Positions 19,312 to 64,000 of a stretch of 64,000 bases of DNA are shown one piece after another. Source of the stretch: Amoebidium appalachense. Taxonomy: Eukaryota; Protista; Ichthyosporea. The position numbers were made by a program, and so were the translations under genes. The notes beneath the pieces were generated by a model that saw nothing but the letters and a program-made list of their open reading frames with translations, did no database searches and was not told where the DNA came from. The stretch is taken from positions 1,180,231 through 1,244,230 of the forward strand of contig CAVNZM010000009.1 in the NCBI GenBank assembly GCA_963693365.1, given 5' to 3'. Position 1 is the stretch's first letter, and each line of letters opens with the position of its first letter.

Positions 19312-19343
<32 letters not shown>

Positions 19344-19546
19344 GACCGTAAACCCTTGCAGGAGCAAGCAGGGAGGACAGGCATGGGAGGAAGAACGAGG
19401 AAGATGGTAAGAGAGGCTCAAACTCGTGGACATAATTGCACCACACACTGCACAATCAACCAACACCCTTAGGTCCACAACCGACCCATACGAAAAAAAA
19501 GGCTGTAATAAGATGCTGTCGGACAAAATACTCAAAACAGCCCCCC

Positions 19547-19577
<31 letters not shown>

Positions 19578-20154
19578 AACAAAAAAAAAAACGCCCACCC
19601 ACCCACAAAACACAACATCACCACCACCCAAACCTAACCAATCAACAAACGGGAAACACTAAAATGAGGGGATAAAGGGAAGGGAAGGGTGGGTGACTGT
19701 AGGGAGTTAGCCATTCGAAACAACGAGTGTCGTCCGGCAAATTGTGCATAATCGCATGCATACCGGGAGCCGAAGGGGGGGGGGGGGGGGGGGGGGGGCA
19801 TTAACACAAAAAAAGCCAATGTAGAATGTTACAGAAACCAAACACATGCAAGAAAGACACAGAACAAGAGGTGAGAACCACACAACAGTAACCACGAGGG
19901 ATTGTGGGAAAGTGTGTAGCTGTGCAAGAGAGAGAGAAACGCAGAGAAAGAAGGGGGAAGGGGGGAGGGGGATATATTCATGCAAACACCCAACCAGGTT
20001 AATAAGCTACTACAAGCCAAAAGAGAAACCATTAAGGAGCGCCTTATCGAAAAAAACATACTGAAAGGTCTCATGGATTGAACACTTCAACACGAATTGA
20101 AAATGGAACACAAAACCAGGCAACAGAACACAAGAGGATTTGGGTGTGTGCTTG

Positions 20155-20198
<44 letters not shown>

Positions 20199-20673
20199 CA
20201 CGTGTGAAAGTATACGGTAGTCAGCAGGGGGTACGTGGGGGTACATTGGGAGAGGGGAAAAGGGAAATACAAACTGCAAAGCTAACACAATAAAGAGGAG
20301 AGGGGATAAAATGATATACAAACTGCATATCGGATACAACAAGTAGTAGCTGCCAAAAACAAACATTTGCCCAGGTGAAAAAAAGAGCCAGGGAAGAGCA
20401 CCAGGGGGGAGGTGGGGGGTGGGAAAAGGGGTGGGGGCGGGAGAGGAGAGAGAGAGGAAGTGTGTGTGTGTGTGCGTGCGTGTGTTTGGGGTGAAGGGGG
20501 AGGGGGACCCAATGTGCCACTGGGAGATTGTGTAAAGCAAACACGAACTTGAACTTGAAGGTGCACACCTTGTGTGTATGCATGTTGTATCTTCATAGCG
20601 CGCCAACGGCCAGCAGTGTTTACGTTTGTGTGTGTGCGTGCGCATGCACGTGTGGTGGTGGTGGTGATTGGGG

Positions 20674-20709
<36 letters not shown>

Positions 20710-22014
20710 ATGCACCAGAAGGTGGCAAGGAGCAAGCAAAGACAAATGGATCCACCACAAGGAAAAAAACTGAAAACAAGGGGAAAGGTGTGTGTGCTTA
20801 GAAGCGGGGGAAGGATGGTGCATATGCACACTGAAATTCACCCCCCCCCCCCCCCCATCACCACACCTGTCTCTTCAGACATCCCCTCTCCCCCTCCCCC
20901 GGCCCCCCCCAAAAAAACAAAAACATTAAAGCCTCGCCACACAAAGATAGATGGTATGGTGTGGATGAGATGCATCATGTGCAAAGCATGTGGTTTATCG
21001 TGCGAACGGGAGCATAAGTGAATGTCTTCGAAAGGTAGTGTTGGTTATGTGTTTGTGATTGTGTGTGATTGTGTGGGAGGGGAGGGGGTGAGTAGTGGTG
21101 GTGGAGGGGGGAAGGGGGGGGGGGGGGGGGGGGGAGAGGGGGAACAAACACTGAAAAAGGTCTTTCAGGTTTTATAGAAACACGAATACTGATGCTAATC
21201 TAGCGAAACAAGACTAATGAAGCAGCATAGAGGTGTTAGACCATTCAAGTACTGGAACCACAGGAGGATAATAACGGTAGCTTCGGAAGGGAGCGAGGGG
21301 CGGGGAGATAACAAACGGTGCATAACCTAAAGTGCACCCCCCCAAAAAAAGAGAAAAACTTAAGAAGCAAGCACAGTTTGCAACAGAAACCAACGCATCC
21401 CTCAGGGGAGAGGTTAAAAGAGGTGTGTGTGTGTGTGGTGGTGGTGGTGGTGGGTGGGAACGGGACGGGAGGGGGAGCACAACAGCACATCTGAAGCTCA
21501 ACTCGTGTTAAAGCTCATCCCATGTTAGCCAGCAGCGAAGCTGACACATGCCAACAAACGACTAGGGCAAAGGGGATGGAACATGGGGAGGTAGGGTTCA
21601 ACAAAGTAGAGACTCAAAGGCAAAACTAAACCAAACAACCGGCAGAAAGCCACTGTTGCTAGGTGCCTGGCAACGTGCCATGGGAGAATGCAGCATTCTG
21701 CCAAGCAATTCTCAGTTTGGTTAAGTCCCAGGAGAGAGTAAAAAGGGGGGAAGGCACGGCATTGTATTATGATTGTAACCAGAAGGACTAGGCAGGTGGG
21801 TGGGTGGTGGTTGGAAGGGTGGGGGGGGTTTGAAGGGGGGGGGGGGGGGGGGGAGAAGTGAGCGAAAGGGAGAGAGAGAGAGGGAGGGAGGAAGAACAGC
21901 AATGCTGCAGAAGTGCACAAAAACGAGAAGAACACTCACGTTGCGGCGGCCTGCCGACGTGTAGTTGCTGAACACACCGGTGCTGGCACCTGGGGGAATG
22001 GGAGCGGCGGCCAT
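18805..22014 (-). CDS. ATP5MK: ATP synthase membrane subunit k / DAPIT (USMG5)-like, 57 aa
   Basis: Exons 22014-21940 (MAAAPIPPGASTGVFSNYTSAGRRN, gtgagt donor) and 18903-18805 (IVIATVATLFVVYKFATSGKKAAAPAKPPATH*). FSNYTSAGRRNIVIAT resembles animal DAPIT FNSYTLTGRMNCVLAT; single TM then basic tail. Confidence 0.78.
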
Positions 22015-23970
22015 TTTTCACGGTGGGAGCAACTGCACAAACACACATGTACACGTCAGTGGTCCAGAACACTCAAATGCACAGCAAAACAACGAATATA
22101 AACAAGAGGGTTCTTAGCACTCTTTCCCACCTGTCCCTCTCATCCTCAAACCTTCGAAGTCTGACTCCCTCTTTACTCAGCCCAAAATGCCCTCAGGCAA
22201 CCACCCCACACAAGCAAACCCTAGCAGTTTCGTGCTTTTGGAAGATGTCTACACATATTCACAAACACCGCTTTTTAGCGCCCAACCATCAAACAAAGCC
22301 ACAGAATTATAAATAACTTTTCAAAAAGCACGCCTCTTCTGCCCTGTACTTCTCCCAACCTCCTTGCTTCCTTGACGGGATAAAACAACTAGAGGGTGAA
22401 AAAAAAAACTCTCTAGCCCTCCACATTGCTGCAGCAAAAGAACAAAGATGGAAAACGATAAGTAAAAGCTGGCACTACGCTGTTGATTTCGGCTCAAAAG
22501 CTTGCTCCAAGCATCTTAAACAGAGACTTTTTTTGCACACACCTAACGGGCTTCAGGCGACGGCTGACTGAGACAAACGTGCATGCCACCTTTTTCAAGG
22601 GAGGCCACGCCGTAATCGCCCGATCCACATTTTAAAATGACTGGTAAGCTTTTAAGTTTATTTTTAGAGTTTTCAATTGGCGGACAATTGTAATGTCAGC
22701 ATCTTACTTTACCGAACCTTTTTGCCGGACCGTGCAGAGAGACGGTCGCATCGCGATCATTTCGAGTTTGGGGTCACGGTCAAACAAGTCAAACAGAAAA
22801 AACAAAGAAGGAGTGTTGTCTGTGCTACCAATGGTGCTTGTAAAAGATGGCACCTTGAAGCCTGATCAGCACACCTGTGCAAATTAGAGAGCAGCATGTA
22901 GAGGACGTGAAGTCCCTCTAACTTGTAAACCGGAAAGAGCTATAGCTCGAACGAAGCACATATGCATGCATAGTCTCTCAGATTTGCCTACAGAGACAAA
23001 CTGTTTCTGTTTCACAATTTTCCTGCTGAGGTATATTGGGTGGATAGTAACCAAACGAGTACACATGACTCACACTGCCCAATCACATGCACGCCTCTGC
23101 CTACAGTACATGCATGTGTTCATGTATATACATGGTCGTTGGAATCATAATCCTTAAGCTTAGTCTTGCAGGCGTGGTTGGGAACCTTTCTTCAGCACTT
23201 ACACCGCAGTTGACGCTAGTCTCCCTCTTTGCAAGATCACACCACACACGCCCCTACTCTACTCAACATGGCTAGCGTTTCGTAAGTTTTGGGCCACCCG
23301 CGCGCGAGACTCAGAGACCACCCGTACGCGTAGAGCTCGAGTTTCAAGCGACCGGGTGTGGCACTGATGATTACACAGCGAAAGTTCTTGAATCACGAGG
23401 TGTTGACAATATACCAGGCGCAAATAAAACGCGTTGAACGATGTGGCCATAAACCAAAACCCTTAAGCCACACGTTTCTCTTCATCCCTTGTCCCTCTCC
23501 TTGTGTCACACAAGTACGGGCCGCGAAAGCCATTGCGTCCGTTTCCTCCTGGGGAGGGGGATTACCATCAGATGTAGAAATTCATCAATGTTATTTATTT
23601 ATAATATATTGTAAATTCATTCCTATTTGCTTTTAGGGGTCTTATAGGTTTACGGCGATCCTCGAAGGGTTGTCTCTATGTGCACGTGTGTCGCCGTCAC
23701 AACTTTCTGTGTTCGTTTCCTGTTGAACTCTGTGTTTTTCTCTACTCTTTCTTGTGGACGAAATGATATAGAGGAATTGCAGAACAAGCTTCAAGAGTTA
23801 CCGTGGGCTCTTTATTGACTTCTTTCAGCTTTGATGTTTGTCTAGTGCCGCCCGGATTTTGCATGTTTTAGATTTGAAAAGCGAAAAACAAGGGCACATC
23901 CTTTGTACGGTTCAGATATACTCTCTGTTCACGCACTCAAATAAGAAGTTGGGAAAACAGTTGTTAGAAA
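22015..23970. promoter_or_regulatory. Probable bidirectional promoter region between ATP5MK and RIOK2
   Basis: Divergent start codons ~1.95 kb apart; region free of microsatellites with a CpG-rich patch at 23270-23360. Confidence 0.5.
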
Positions 23971-35654
<11,684 letters not shown>

Positions 35655-36033
35655 GTGTCAGTGAGCCGTGTGTGGGGTTGGGTGGTAGGTGTGGGTGGGG
35701 TGTGCATGTGGTTGTGATTGTTTTGTGTTTTTGTTTGCTTTTGGTGGGGGATTTGGTTGAGTTGGTCTTTAAATTTCAACTGGTTTGGCTTGTTTTGCTT
35801 TTTCGGTTAGTTGCATTTGGTTTTTTTCTTCTTTTGCCCGGTTGTATGTAATGGGCCCAGAGATGATATCTCTTGAGTGTTGCTGAAAAACTCAGAGCAC
35901 ATGCACACGCTCTACAGATGGACCTAAATGCGGCATATGCACACACAACAAGCATGCACGTGTGCACATGTACACACACACGAGCGTGCTCGAGTATGCG
36001 CGCGCACGCACACACGCGCATACACACACACAC

Positions 36034-36069
<36 letters not shown>

Positions 36070-36501
36070 GTGCACACCATTTGTATACATATGCCTCCTG
36101 CTAGTTCGCACCTAGCTTTCGGGCCGGCAATTTTTGTTAGGTGGCCAGTCACAATTAATATGAGGGTGAAGGTTGGGAGTGTGTGTGTTTGGGGTTTGGT
36201 CTTTGAAAAGAGAGCGTATCTGGACATGTACATGTAAATATTTTGCCCGATATATTTAGTTCTGGGACAATTTCATTTTTGTAACAGTTTTCCTTGCATG
36301 CGCGAAGGACAAAGATTTGTGGGCTGAGTTACAATTATGATGGTAGCAAGAGCTCGATTTTCTACTACTTTGATTACATTAACATGTTACCAGTGTGTGC
36401 ATGGGCAAGTGAATCAGGCAGAATGCAACATTTTTATCCCTAAATTCTGTTGTGTACGTACGTACGTGCACAGTGTATATCCACACTAAAAAGTGGTATG
36501 A

Positions 36502-36981
36502 TACACTGTTGAACCGCATACACATGTTGGTAAATTACATTTATATTTTCTCTGTACACTGCTGAACCGCATACACGTGTTGGTAAATTACATTTGTATT
36601 TTCTCTGTACACTGCTGAACCGCACACACACATGTTGGTAAATTACATTTGTATTTTCTCTGTACACTGCTGAACCGCATACACATGTTGGTAAATTGCA
36701 TTTGTATTTTCTCTGTACACTGCTGAACCGCATACACATGTTGGTAAATTACATTTGTATTTTCTCTGTACACTGCTGAACCGCATGCACATGTTGGTAA
36801 ATTGCATTTGTTTTTTCTCTGTACACTGCTGAACCGCATGCACATGTTGGTAAATTACATTTGTATTTTCTCTGTACACTGCTGAACCGCATGCACATGT
36901 TGGTAAATTACATTTGTATTTTCTCTGTACACTGCTGAACCGCATGCACATGTTGGTAAATTACATTTGTATTTTCTCTGT
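36502..36981. repeat. 53-bp minisatellite, ~9 copies
   Basis: Unit tgttggtaaattacatttgtattttctctgtacactgctgaaccgcat(a/g)caca at 53-bp spacing (one 55-bp unit). Confidence 0.95.
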
Positions 36982-37434
36982 GCACATATCTTGCGCGTGA
37001 TTCAAGTTATGATTCTGTACGTGGTGAATGTACGTTACTGAACACGCACAGACCTACATGTGTGTGCCCACTGATCGATCAGGCCTCAAAAATGGGAGAA
37101 CGTTCCAGCATGCAACCAATCGAAAATACGCAACATTTTGCGCATAAAAATAGCTATATATGGCTAACCATAAAAATGTTGCCGAAACGGCTGTGGAAAC
37201 TGAAGGACAAAACTGAAAAAGCTGAGGAGGCTCGAACAGAGGGTGATTTTTGAGAGTCAATTACACAGACGTAGCCGTGGGAAGCTATTCTAGATAGAAA
37301 CAAGAAGTGACCGCTGATTAAAGAAGGTGGATCTCCTTCACCATCCCCTCCTTCGGCATTTGGTGCTTGAGTAGTGACGGTGTGAAAAGTAGCTCTGACC
37401 TTATCGGTGCCTGTGCAAGGGGAGAGTCGAAAAC

Positions 37435-56405
<18,971 letters not shown>

Positions 56406-56409
56406 AGTT

Positions 56410-56644
56410 AACCCAACCAGCGGCTCTCCCATTTTGGTGTTTGGGCGGCGAGCCACAATTCTCAGATTTTTCGCACAAATCAGGAAAAGCAATCATGTTA
56501 GGTCACATTGCCGATGTCGACATACAATTTCGCGCCTGTTTCAATCTAAACGCCAAAACGACTGTGTGACAATTGTTAACAAATGACGTCAACAATGTGA
56601 CTCGCCGTCCAGTCGGCTAAAATGGGAAAAGCGATGGTTGGTTT
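56410..56644. repeat. Imperfect inverted repeat immediately after the RAB3GAP1 stop (3' UTR foldback, old MITE)
   Basis: ccaacca.cg..tctcccatttt..gggcggcgagccaca vs tgtgactcgccgtcc..aaaatgggaaaagcgatggttgg. Confidence 0.6.
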
Positions 56645-56873
56645 AAAGTTGGGTTGGGTGGTGGAGATGTTTGGTTGATATTTAGTGGGATTTGATGCTT
56701 CCTGCATTCACACCATGCACACACATACGTATGCACAGACATGCGTGCACAGACCTACACACACGTGCGCTTGCACATGCACACACCCACACATACACGT
56801 GCGAGGAAACACGCACTCGCGCGTGGGCGCGGGCGCGCGCGCGCACACACATAGTGTTACACAAACACATTCG

Positions 56874-56953
<80 letters not shown>

Positions 56954-57700
56954 AGCACACACAAGCACACACACACACACACAGAAACGCAACACATGCA
57001 CACATGCACATGACGTTTAACTTCTTCTGCGCAGCGGTTTGCGTACGTTAAGTGCACATGTGGTCTCAAATGCTGAGACAGAAAGACACCCATGTAATAC
57101 TAGATGGCTCTTTGTGTTGACAAAGAATACTGATGCCTGTAGTTTGCAACGCAAATGTGTTGCATTCTTATTTTTCATACATCCGTAGTGTAATTGGCCC
57201 ATGTGAATGCTATAATAGATGTAAGAAACCGGAACGTTTGGTATGAAAAATGTTCAGAACTTTTTCACTTTTTGTTTCGTATATTTGTCGAATGACTTGG
57301 TATGTTCGAGTTGAACGCGGCACGTCGACATGAGAATAAATACAAATAGTATACACATGTTCACTATAATATCTAGCCTAAGGGAGGTTGCTGGGAATGT
57401 AAGGTTTTATTTTTTGTTCGAACTATGTTTGTGGGGGGGTGATGTCGGTGTGGATGTTGTACGTGTGTGAGTGAACCCGTGCGTAGGCCGTGCCGTGCCG
57501 TGCGTGCGCGGCTGGTCTATGTTTGTGGCGGTGGTGGTGGGGGGGGGGGGGAGGGGGGGGGGGTTCAGTTCGGATCAGTTCTACCTTTCTGAAGCTGGGT
57601 AAGTCCTGATTTGACCTGGATATTTATCCGGTTTAGCCTACACAAAAAACTGTACATAAGAGTAATTCTCTCTCTCTCTTTTTTTTTTCCCGGAGTCGGG

Positions 57701-57737
<37 letters not shown>

Positions 57738-57739
57738 GG

Positions 57740-57771
<32 letters not shown>

Positions 57772-58496
57772 AGGGGGGGGGGGGAGGGGAAGGGGGGAGG
57801 GGGGAGAGGGGAGGGGAGTCTCCCTGGGTCTCTTCTGCAGCTGGCCACTAAACATCTCCCGGGGGAGGGGGGGGGGGGGGGGGGGGGGGGGGGACCAAAG
57901 CCTCCTACATAGCACTATTTAGGAGGCCCTGGGGGGGACAATGGGGAATGCCCATATGCATGTCAGAGCAATCTTTCATGTTGCATGTCTAAGGCCACAC
58001 TCATTGCCACAGGCAGAGTAACCCATTAATATGTCTATTTTCGTGCATACCAAGTTCCGTGGTATTACTAACCTATATCAGGCTGCCACAAACTACTAGT
58101 AAGTTGGCGCATTTTCTATCCGACAACCGTCTTACGGAGTCAAGTCTTCCATTTAAAGCATACATGAAGAATTGCCAAGAGAAAGGCACGGGAAGTAGGG
58201 TAGAGAAGAAGGGGAACGACAAAAAACCCTATGCCATCTTCGAAGGCAATGCTCGTCCACCCGTATCATTAACTTAGGTGTGTCACTCACCTATCCTACG
58301 ATGCCGTTAAAATTACGTGAAAACGTAAAACTGGTGACCTCCCAACCTATTTAAACCCAACTCGCATGCATACAATGCATGAGAGGATGACTACCATCAC
58401 ACTAGTCAACCTTAAAACATTCTCGCCATATCCATTCACTAATCATAACCCACCGATCACAAACTCTAAACAGAATAAAAGATATAAAATTTAGCA

Positions 58497-58627
58497 TTAT
58501 AGTTCGAGCCATCCCTGGGTCTCCGCATGCTGCATAAGCTCGAGGTATTCGGGGGAGCGCAGGAAGCGTGCGTAGATGTCCTTTGACATGAGCTCCTGCG
58601 TCTTGGTCTTGGACTCGCTAAACATGT
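58497..58627 (-). CDS. Terminal exon of a second RGS-domain gene
   Basis: cag|ac DMFSESKTKTQELMSKDIYARFLRSPEYLELMQ...* fits the RGS C-terminal helices (F..AQ....LM..D.Y.RFL.S..Y). Upstream exons not resolved; candidates near 60430, 60876-60911 and 62042-62091. Confidence 0.65.
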
Positions 58628-59081
58628 CTGGTGGGGGGAAGAGATTGAGGTTAGCCGGAGGCATTCTCTGAAGGCATTTAAGATGCAGAGTGCATGATCG
58701 AGGAAAGTTCGACAGGAGGTCAGGGATTTGTGAACTTCGACATTTTTGCTTTTTGTTTGCTTTTCACGTGATCAAGTACGGAAGAAAGGGGTGGATTATA
58801 GTGGCTGGGTGGACCACTGGTGGGCAAACGTGAAGCCAGGCAGGGAATGATGGATGTGGGTGTGTGGGTGTGTTGGTGTGTGTGTGGGAGGGGGGGGGGA
58901 AGGGGGGAGGGGGAGGGGGGGGGGGGGGGGGGTAGTCGGTGTATGCATTTAGAGGGTGAGAAGCGCACAAGCAAGGACATGCATACAACAATCAGTCAAG
59001 GCATAAAACAGAAACAAAGCAGAAACCACAACTGTGTTGGCAAGAGATGCTTGAACGCGCCCGGTGTGTGTGTGTGTGTGT

Positions 59082-59142
<61 letters not shown>

Positions 59143-59224
59143 AGAGAGAGGGGCAGGGGGCAAATTGGGTTTATGCTCACGTTTCCACGTTTGTCTGTAT
59201 TTTTTTTCCCTCTCTTTTCTTTTC

Positions 59225-59261
<37 letters not shown>

Positions 59262-59294
59262 TTTTTTTGGATGGGGGGGCCGGGGGGGGGGGGT

Positions 59295-60011
<717 letters not shown>

Positions 60012-60152
60012 GGCCCGCGGGCCGGGGGGGGGGGGGGGAGGTTGGGAGGGGGGGGGGGGGGGGGGGGGGGGGAGGGGGGGGGAGAAGAGGGGGGGAGGGG
60101 GGGGGGGGGGGGAACGGTTAAAGGTGAAACGTAACTTGTGGAACATGTATAT

Positions 60153-60236
<84 letters not shown>

Positions 60237-60265
60237 GCCCATGTGTGGGGAGGGGGGTGCAGGGG

Positions 60266-60300
<35 letters not shown>

Positions 60301-60358
60301 TACAGAACTCTGTCCCTGTACACATGTGAGTGCGTGTGTGTGTGTGTGTGTGACACTG

Positions 60359-60424
<66 letters not shown>

Positions 60425-62341
60425 CTTACCTCCTCTGCTATTTCACAACAAGGCTTTCCCTTCCTCAATGCGGCTCCCCCGCATCTCCCCCCCCCCCCCC
60501 CCCCCTGGGTACTACGTCAGCTAGCAATGATGCATGAGGCCGGGGGCAGATGACATTTGCAATAGGCAGACTGCAATACTAGTGGTGCCATGGGGAGAAG
60601 CAGGGAAAAGCTACATGCAAGTTAGTCTGCTCGTTGGTCTGGTGCAAGCTTTTTAATCATTTGCACTGCTCCAATGTATATGTCGCGGCACTGAATTTGT
60701 AAAAACACTAACGTTGGCCATCCCGGAGAAACTCAACGTTTTGCACGTTTTCCCGGTCAAAGTTGACGAGCTCAAATCCACACTGCAAGTTGCAGGGGTG
60801 TCAGTTGCATCAACTTTACATGGTTGACGGTCGTGAATTGTTTTTTTACAAGGCTTTGCATATGATTCATACTCACCGAGACGAGGAAACATACATACAG
60901 TAGTAAGCGTGACTGGAAGGGGGATGGGTGTGGATTTTTTTTGGTATAGCAATACAGAGTACAAATTTTGGAATCTCTCAATCCATCCCCTCCACCACCC
61001 CCCATAATGCCCTCCAGTCAATCATGTGACTTACTGCTCCACACTCCCCCCACATCCCAACATACGACACTCCTCTTCTCCACGCTTTTTACACCACAAC
61101 ACAAAATACACATTTTTACCACATTTAACACAAGCACCCGCACGCATACACAAATCCCTAGTTCCGTATGTTTGCTCCACGTGCACAGGCTTGAAAGTTT
61201 GAGAACCGGTCTCTAGCCGATAGCATCAATGATTGGGTTTTCCTAGTGGTTAGTAGCCCAGTGGTCCATTCAATGGCGTGGTAAAAGGTTCCTGATGTTT
61301 CCTAGACGGTGGTGTCCTAGTGGGCCACATCCTTGGTACATGGTGCCGGAGCTGTGTGGGCCGTTGTATTGTGTTTCCCTTTGTTCCGTTTAGCCAAACT
61401 GGGCTCCTTTTCTGCCACCGTGACTCCACACCCACCTATCCACTTCCTATTACCCTGCACAACTGTATACACTTTACCAATGGCATCAGCGATTTCCTTC
61501 TTAACACAGGTGATTATCTCACGTCCCATTGAATCTTGTTTCCAATACCGGGACACAATCGTCACACACATAATACCACCCTCCCAACCTGGTTACTTTA
61601 GTTTTTTTTGTTTGTTTTTTTTTCATTTTCAGTTATTTCATTTTATTTTTTTGGCCCCCTTGTAGTGGTCTGGTTTGTGTTTTCTCCGAGATTGATTTTC
61701 TGTAATGTGTGTGGTGCTACCGCTGTGGTCGTGTAGTACTATTAATAAGGGGTGTATTTCATTTGTATTAAGATGTACATAGCATGCCGCATGATGTGGA
61801 GCACATGTCGGGTTTCCAGATGGGCCGAAGAGAGCGGTTAAGTAAAGTGCAATAATGCCCAATCGTGAAGAACACATGTCTGGTATGCCGAAGTTCATTG
61901 CTGCTAGATGGCAAGTTGTTCCACTTGTCCGTTACTGTAGTGTTTTAGAAAAGTTACAAGCGAAAACTTGAAGTTGCACACTCTGTTACGATAAGTCCCG
62001 GAATAATTGTTGCGTGGGTGGAATGTCTCATGATTACTCACACATCCCATAGAAGGCCCTGCGAAACGAATCCGGAGGAGCTGGAAAGAAAACTGTGAGA
62101 ATTGATTTCGGACCTTTTTTTCTCTCCTTTTAAATTTTCTTTTCCCCCTTCAACTCCGACCTACACGCTCAGGCCGCAGTTGGAAGGCAGGAGTGGGTAG
62201 GTGGGTGGCAAATCATGGTGGATGTTGTGGCTGGTGCCGTGTCCGAAGTTGTTTGTGTGTGAGCGCACGCAAGGGTGGAGTGATGGTGTCTGTGGGTGTG
62301 TGTATGTATACGTATGTGTGTGTTTTTTTTTTGTTTTTGTT

Positions 62342-62382
<41 letters not shown>

Positions 62383-63203
62383 GGGAGGGATGTAGCGTAG
62401 TGTATGCATCACCCATTACATTAAAAAATTACTGGATTTTTTGCATTACGTATCATACGAAATGATCATATTGATACCTGTTGTTTTGTACGGGTCTAAG
62501 GGAGCAGAGTGCACAGAGGCGTCATGCAGAGCACGACCAACACAATAAAGAGAGGGCAATCGAAGTTGTTCACGACACAAGACAGTTTGAAACAACAACT
62601 GACGTTTATTGCACTCTCGGGCCCTTTTGTTCTGGCTCATTCATCATCTCATCTCAACTAAAAGAAGGGAACCAATCGGGTTCCTTCAAACGACAGGGCA
62701 ATACATTCCAATCGAGAAAACGCCTTCTAACTTCCAACACTACAGAAGCTTAGAAACTCTACTTAAATAAATTAAGTAAATCACACAACTTGTCACTATT
62801 AATCACATATATATTTACACTCGTCTTTATAAAGAAACTCATCTAAATACATATATTTCCTAATAGGCGACACTCTCAGGTTGATGGCACATTACGGGAA
62901 ACAGAATCAAACAGACCTAATGTGTCCAATCAAAAAACGTCTATTAATAGACAGGAATGCAACACCACGGTCTATATATCGGCTCACTCGCGTCTATTGG
63001 TGAGCCCTCCCAATTCGACCTAAAACCAAAGACAACAAAGCTAGCTAACCAATCACTCTACTCACAGTAAAACAGAGGAGAGCAAACACAAGTAAAACAC
63101 AACATATCCTGACAAGCAAGGGAGCCAGGTGTGCACAGGTCTACAGTGCACACAGAAACAAGGGAGAGAGAGTGATACGGGGGGGGGGGGGGGGGGGGGG
63201 GGA

Positions 63204-63250
<47 letters not shown>

Positions 63251-63251
63251 A

Positions 63252-63382
<131 letters not shown>

Positions 63383-63597
63383 GGAGAAGGGAGAAAGACG
63401 AGAGAGCTGCTGATGAAACTCTACCAGACATGAATCCAAACAAGGCTAAGACACACACACATACTTCAAGTCTTTTGCTGGCCTACGTCGATACGTATTC
63501 CAACAACACCTGAACTACTAATTTGTGGCACGGGGTGCTGGGAGGGAGACAGAAATATATATGGAGTCACGTCATACGGTAGTCAGTAGTTGTGTGT

Positions 63598-63697
<100 letters not shown>

Positions 63698-63721
63698 TGT
63701 GTGCGTGTGACGGTGTGTGTG

Positions 63722-63762
<41 letters not shown>

Positions 63763-63790
63763 CGGTGTGTGTGTGTGTGTGTGTGTCTGT

Positions 63791-63821
<31 letters not shown>

Positions 63822-64000
63822 GACGGCCCAAGTGGGATAGAGGGGGAGAGGGAGACTGAGTGTGGGAGAGTCTGTGTGTGTCTTGGACGAATGGAGGGAT
63901 ACAGATAGAGCGGGAGAGTCGCAGAGAGTGAAGAGACACAGAGAGAGAGGAGAGAGAGACGAGGAGATAGCCACTAAGAGCCCCCCCCCCCCCCCCCTCC

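Noticed and set aside
36502-36981. CRISPR-like regular array
   Set aside because: Units are contiguous and near-identical with no unique spacers; eukaryotic context and no cas genes.
61317-62753. Short higher-complexity ORFs (84-110 aa) near the right end
   Set aside because: No recognisable motifs or consistent splice chain; cannot be supported.

Overview
Intron-rich eukaryotic DNA saturated with (CA)n/(GT)n, (CACG)n, (GA)n and poly-G/poly-C tracts. Most ORFs in the supplied track are low-complexity artefacts. Gene content suggests a unicellular opisthokont/holozoan (inference). Manual exon stitching gives, left to right: an unknown 4-exon gene (-, ~0.85-5.3 kb); a young, apparently full-length APE-type LINE (-, ~6.46-12.9 kb) whose ORF2 is broken by a 1477-bp internal tandem duplication; a 7TM-RGS pseudogene (-, 14.3-17.6 kb); a 57-aa ATP5MK/DAPIT-like gene (-) divergent from a 12-exon RIOK2 (+, 24.0-35.7 kb); a ~26-exon RAB3GAP1 (+, 37.4-56.4 kb); and the terminal exon of a second RGS gene (-, 58.5 kb). 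Two candidate novel RNA systems stand out. (1) A ~450-bp structured intronic element integrated as 1.1-1.2 tandem units at poly-C tracts, carrying hammerhead core motifs in a non-canonical strand order (retrozyme-like, possibly copied from a circular RNA). (2) A ~30-bp long-range complementarity between the LINE 3' UTR, next to poly(A), and the start of ORF2. Homology calls come from recalled motifs, not database searches, and RNA structures were paired by eye.
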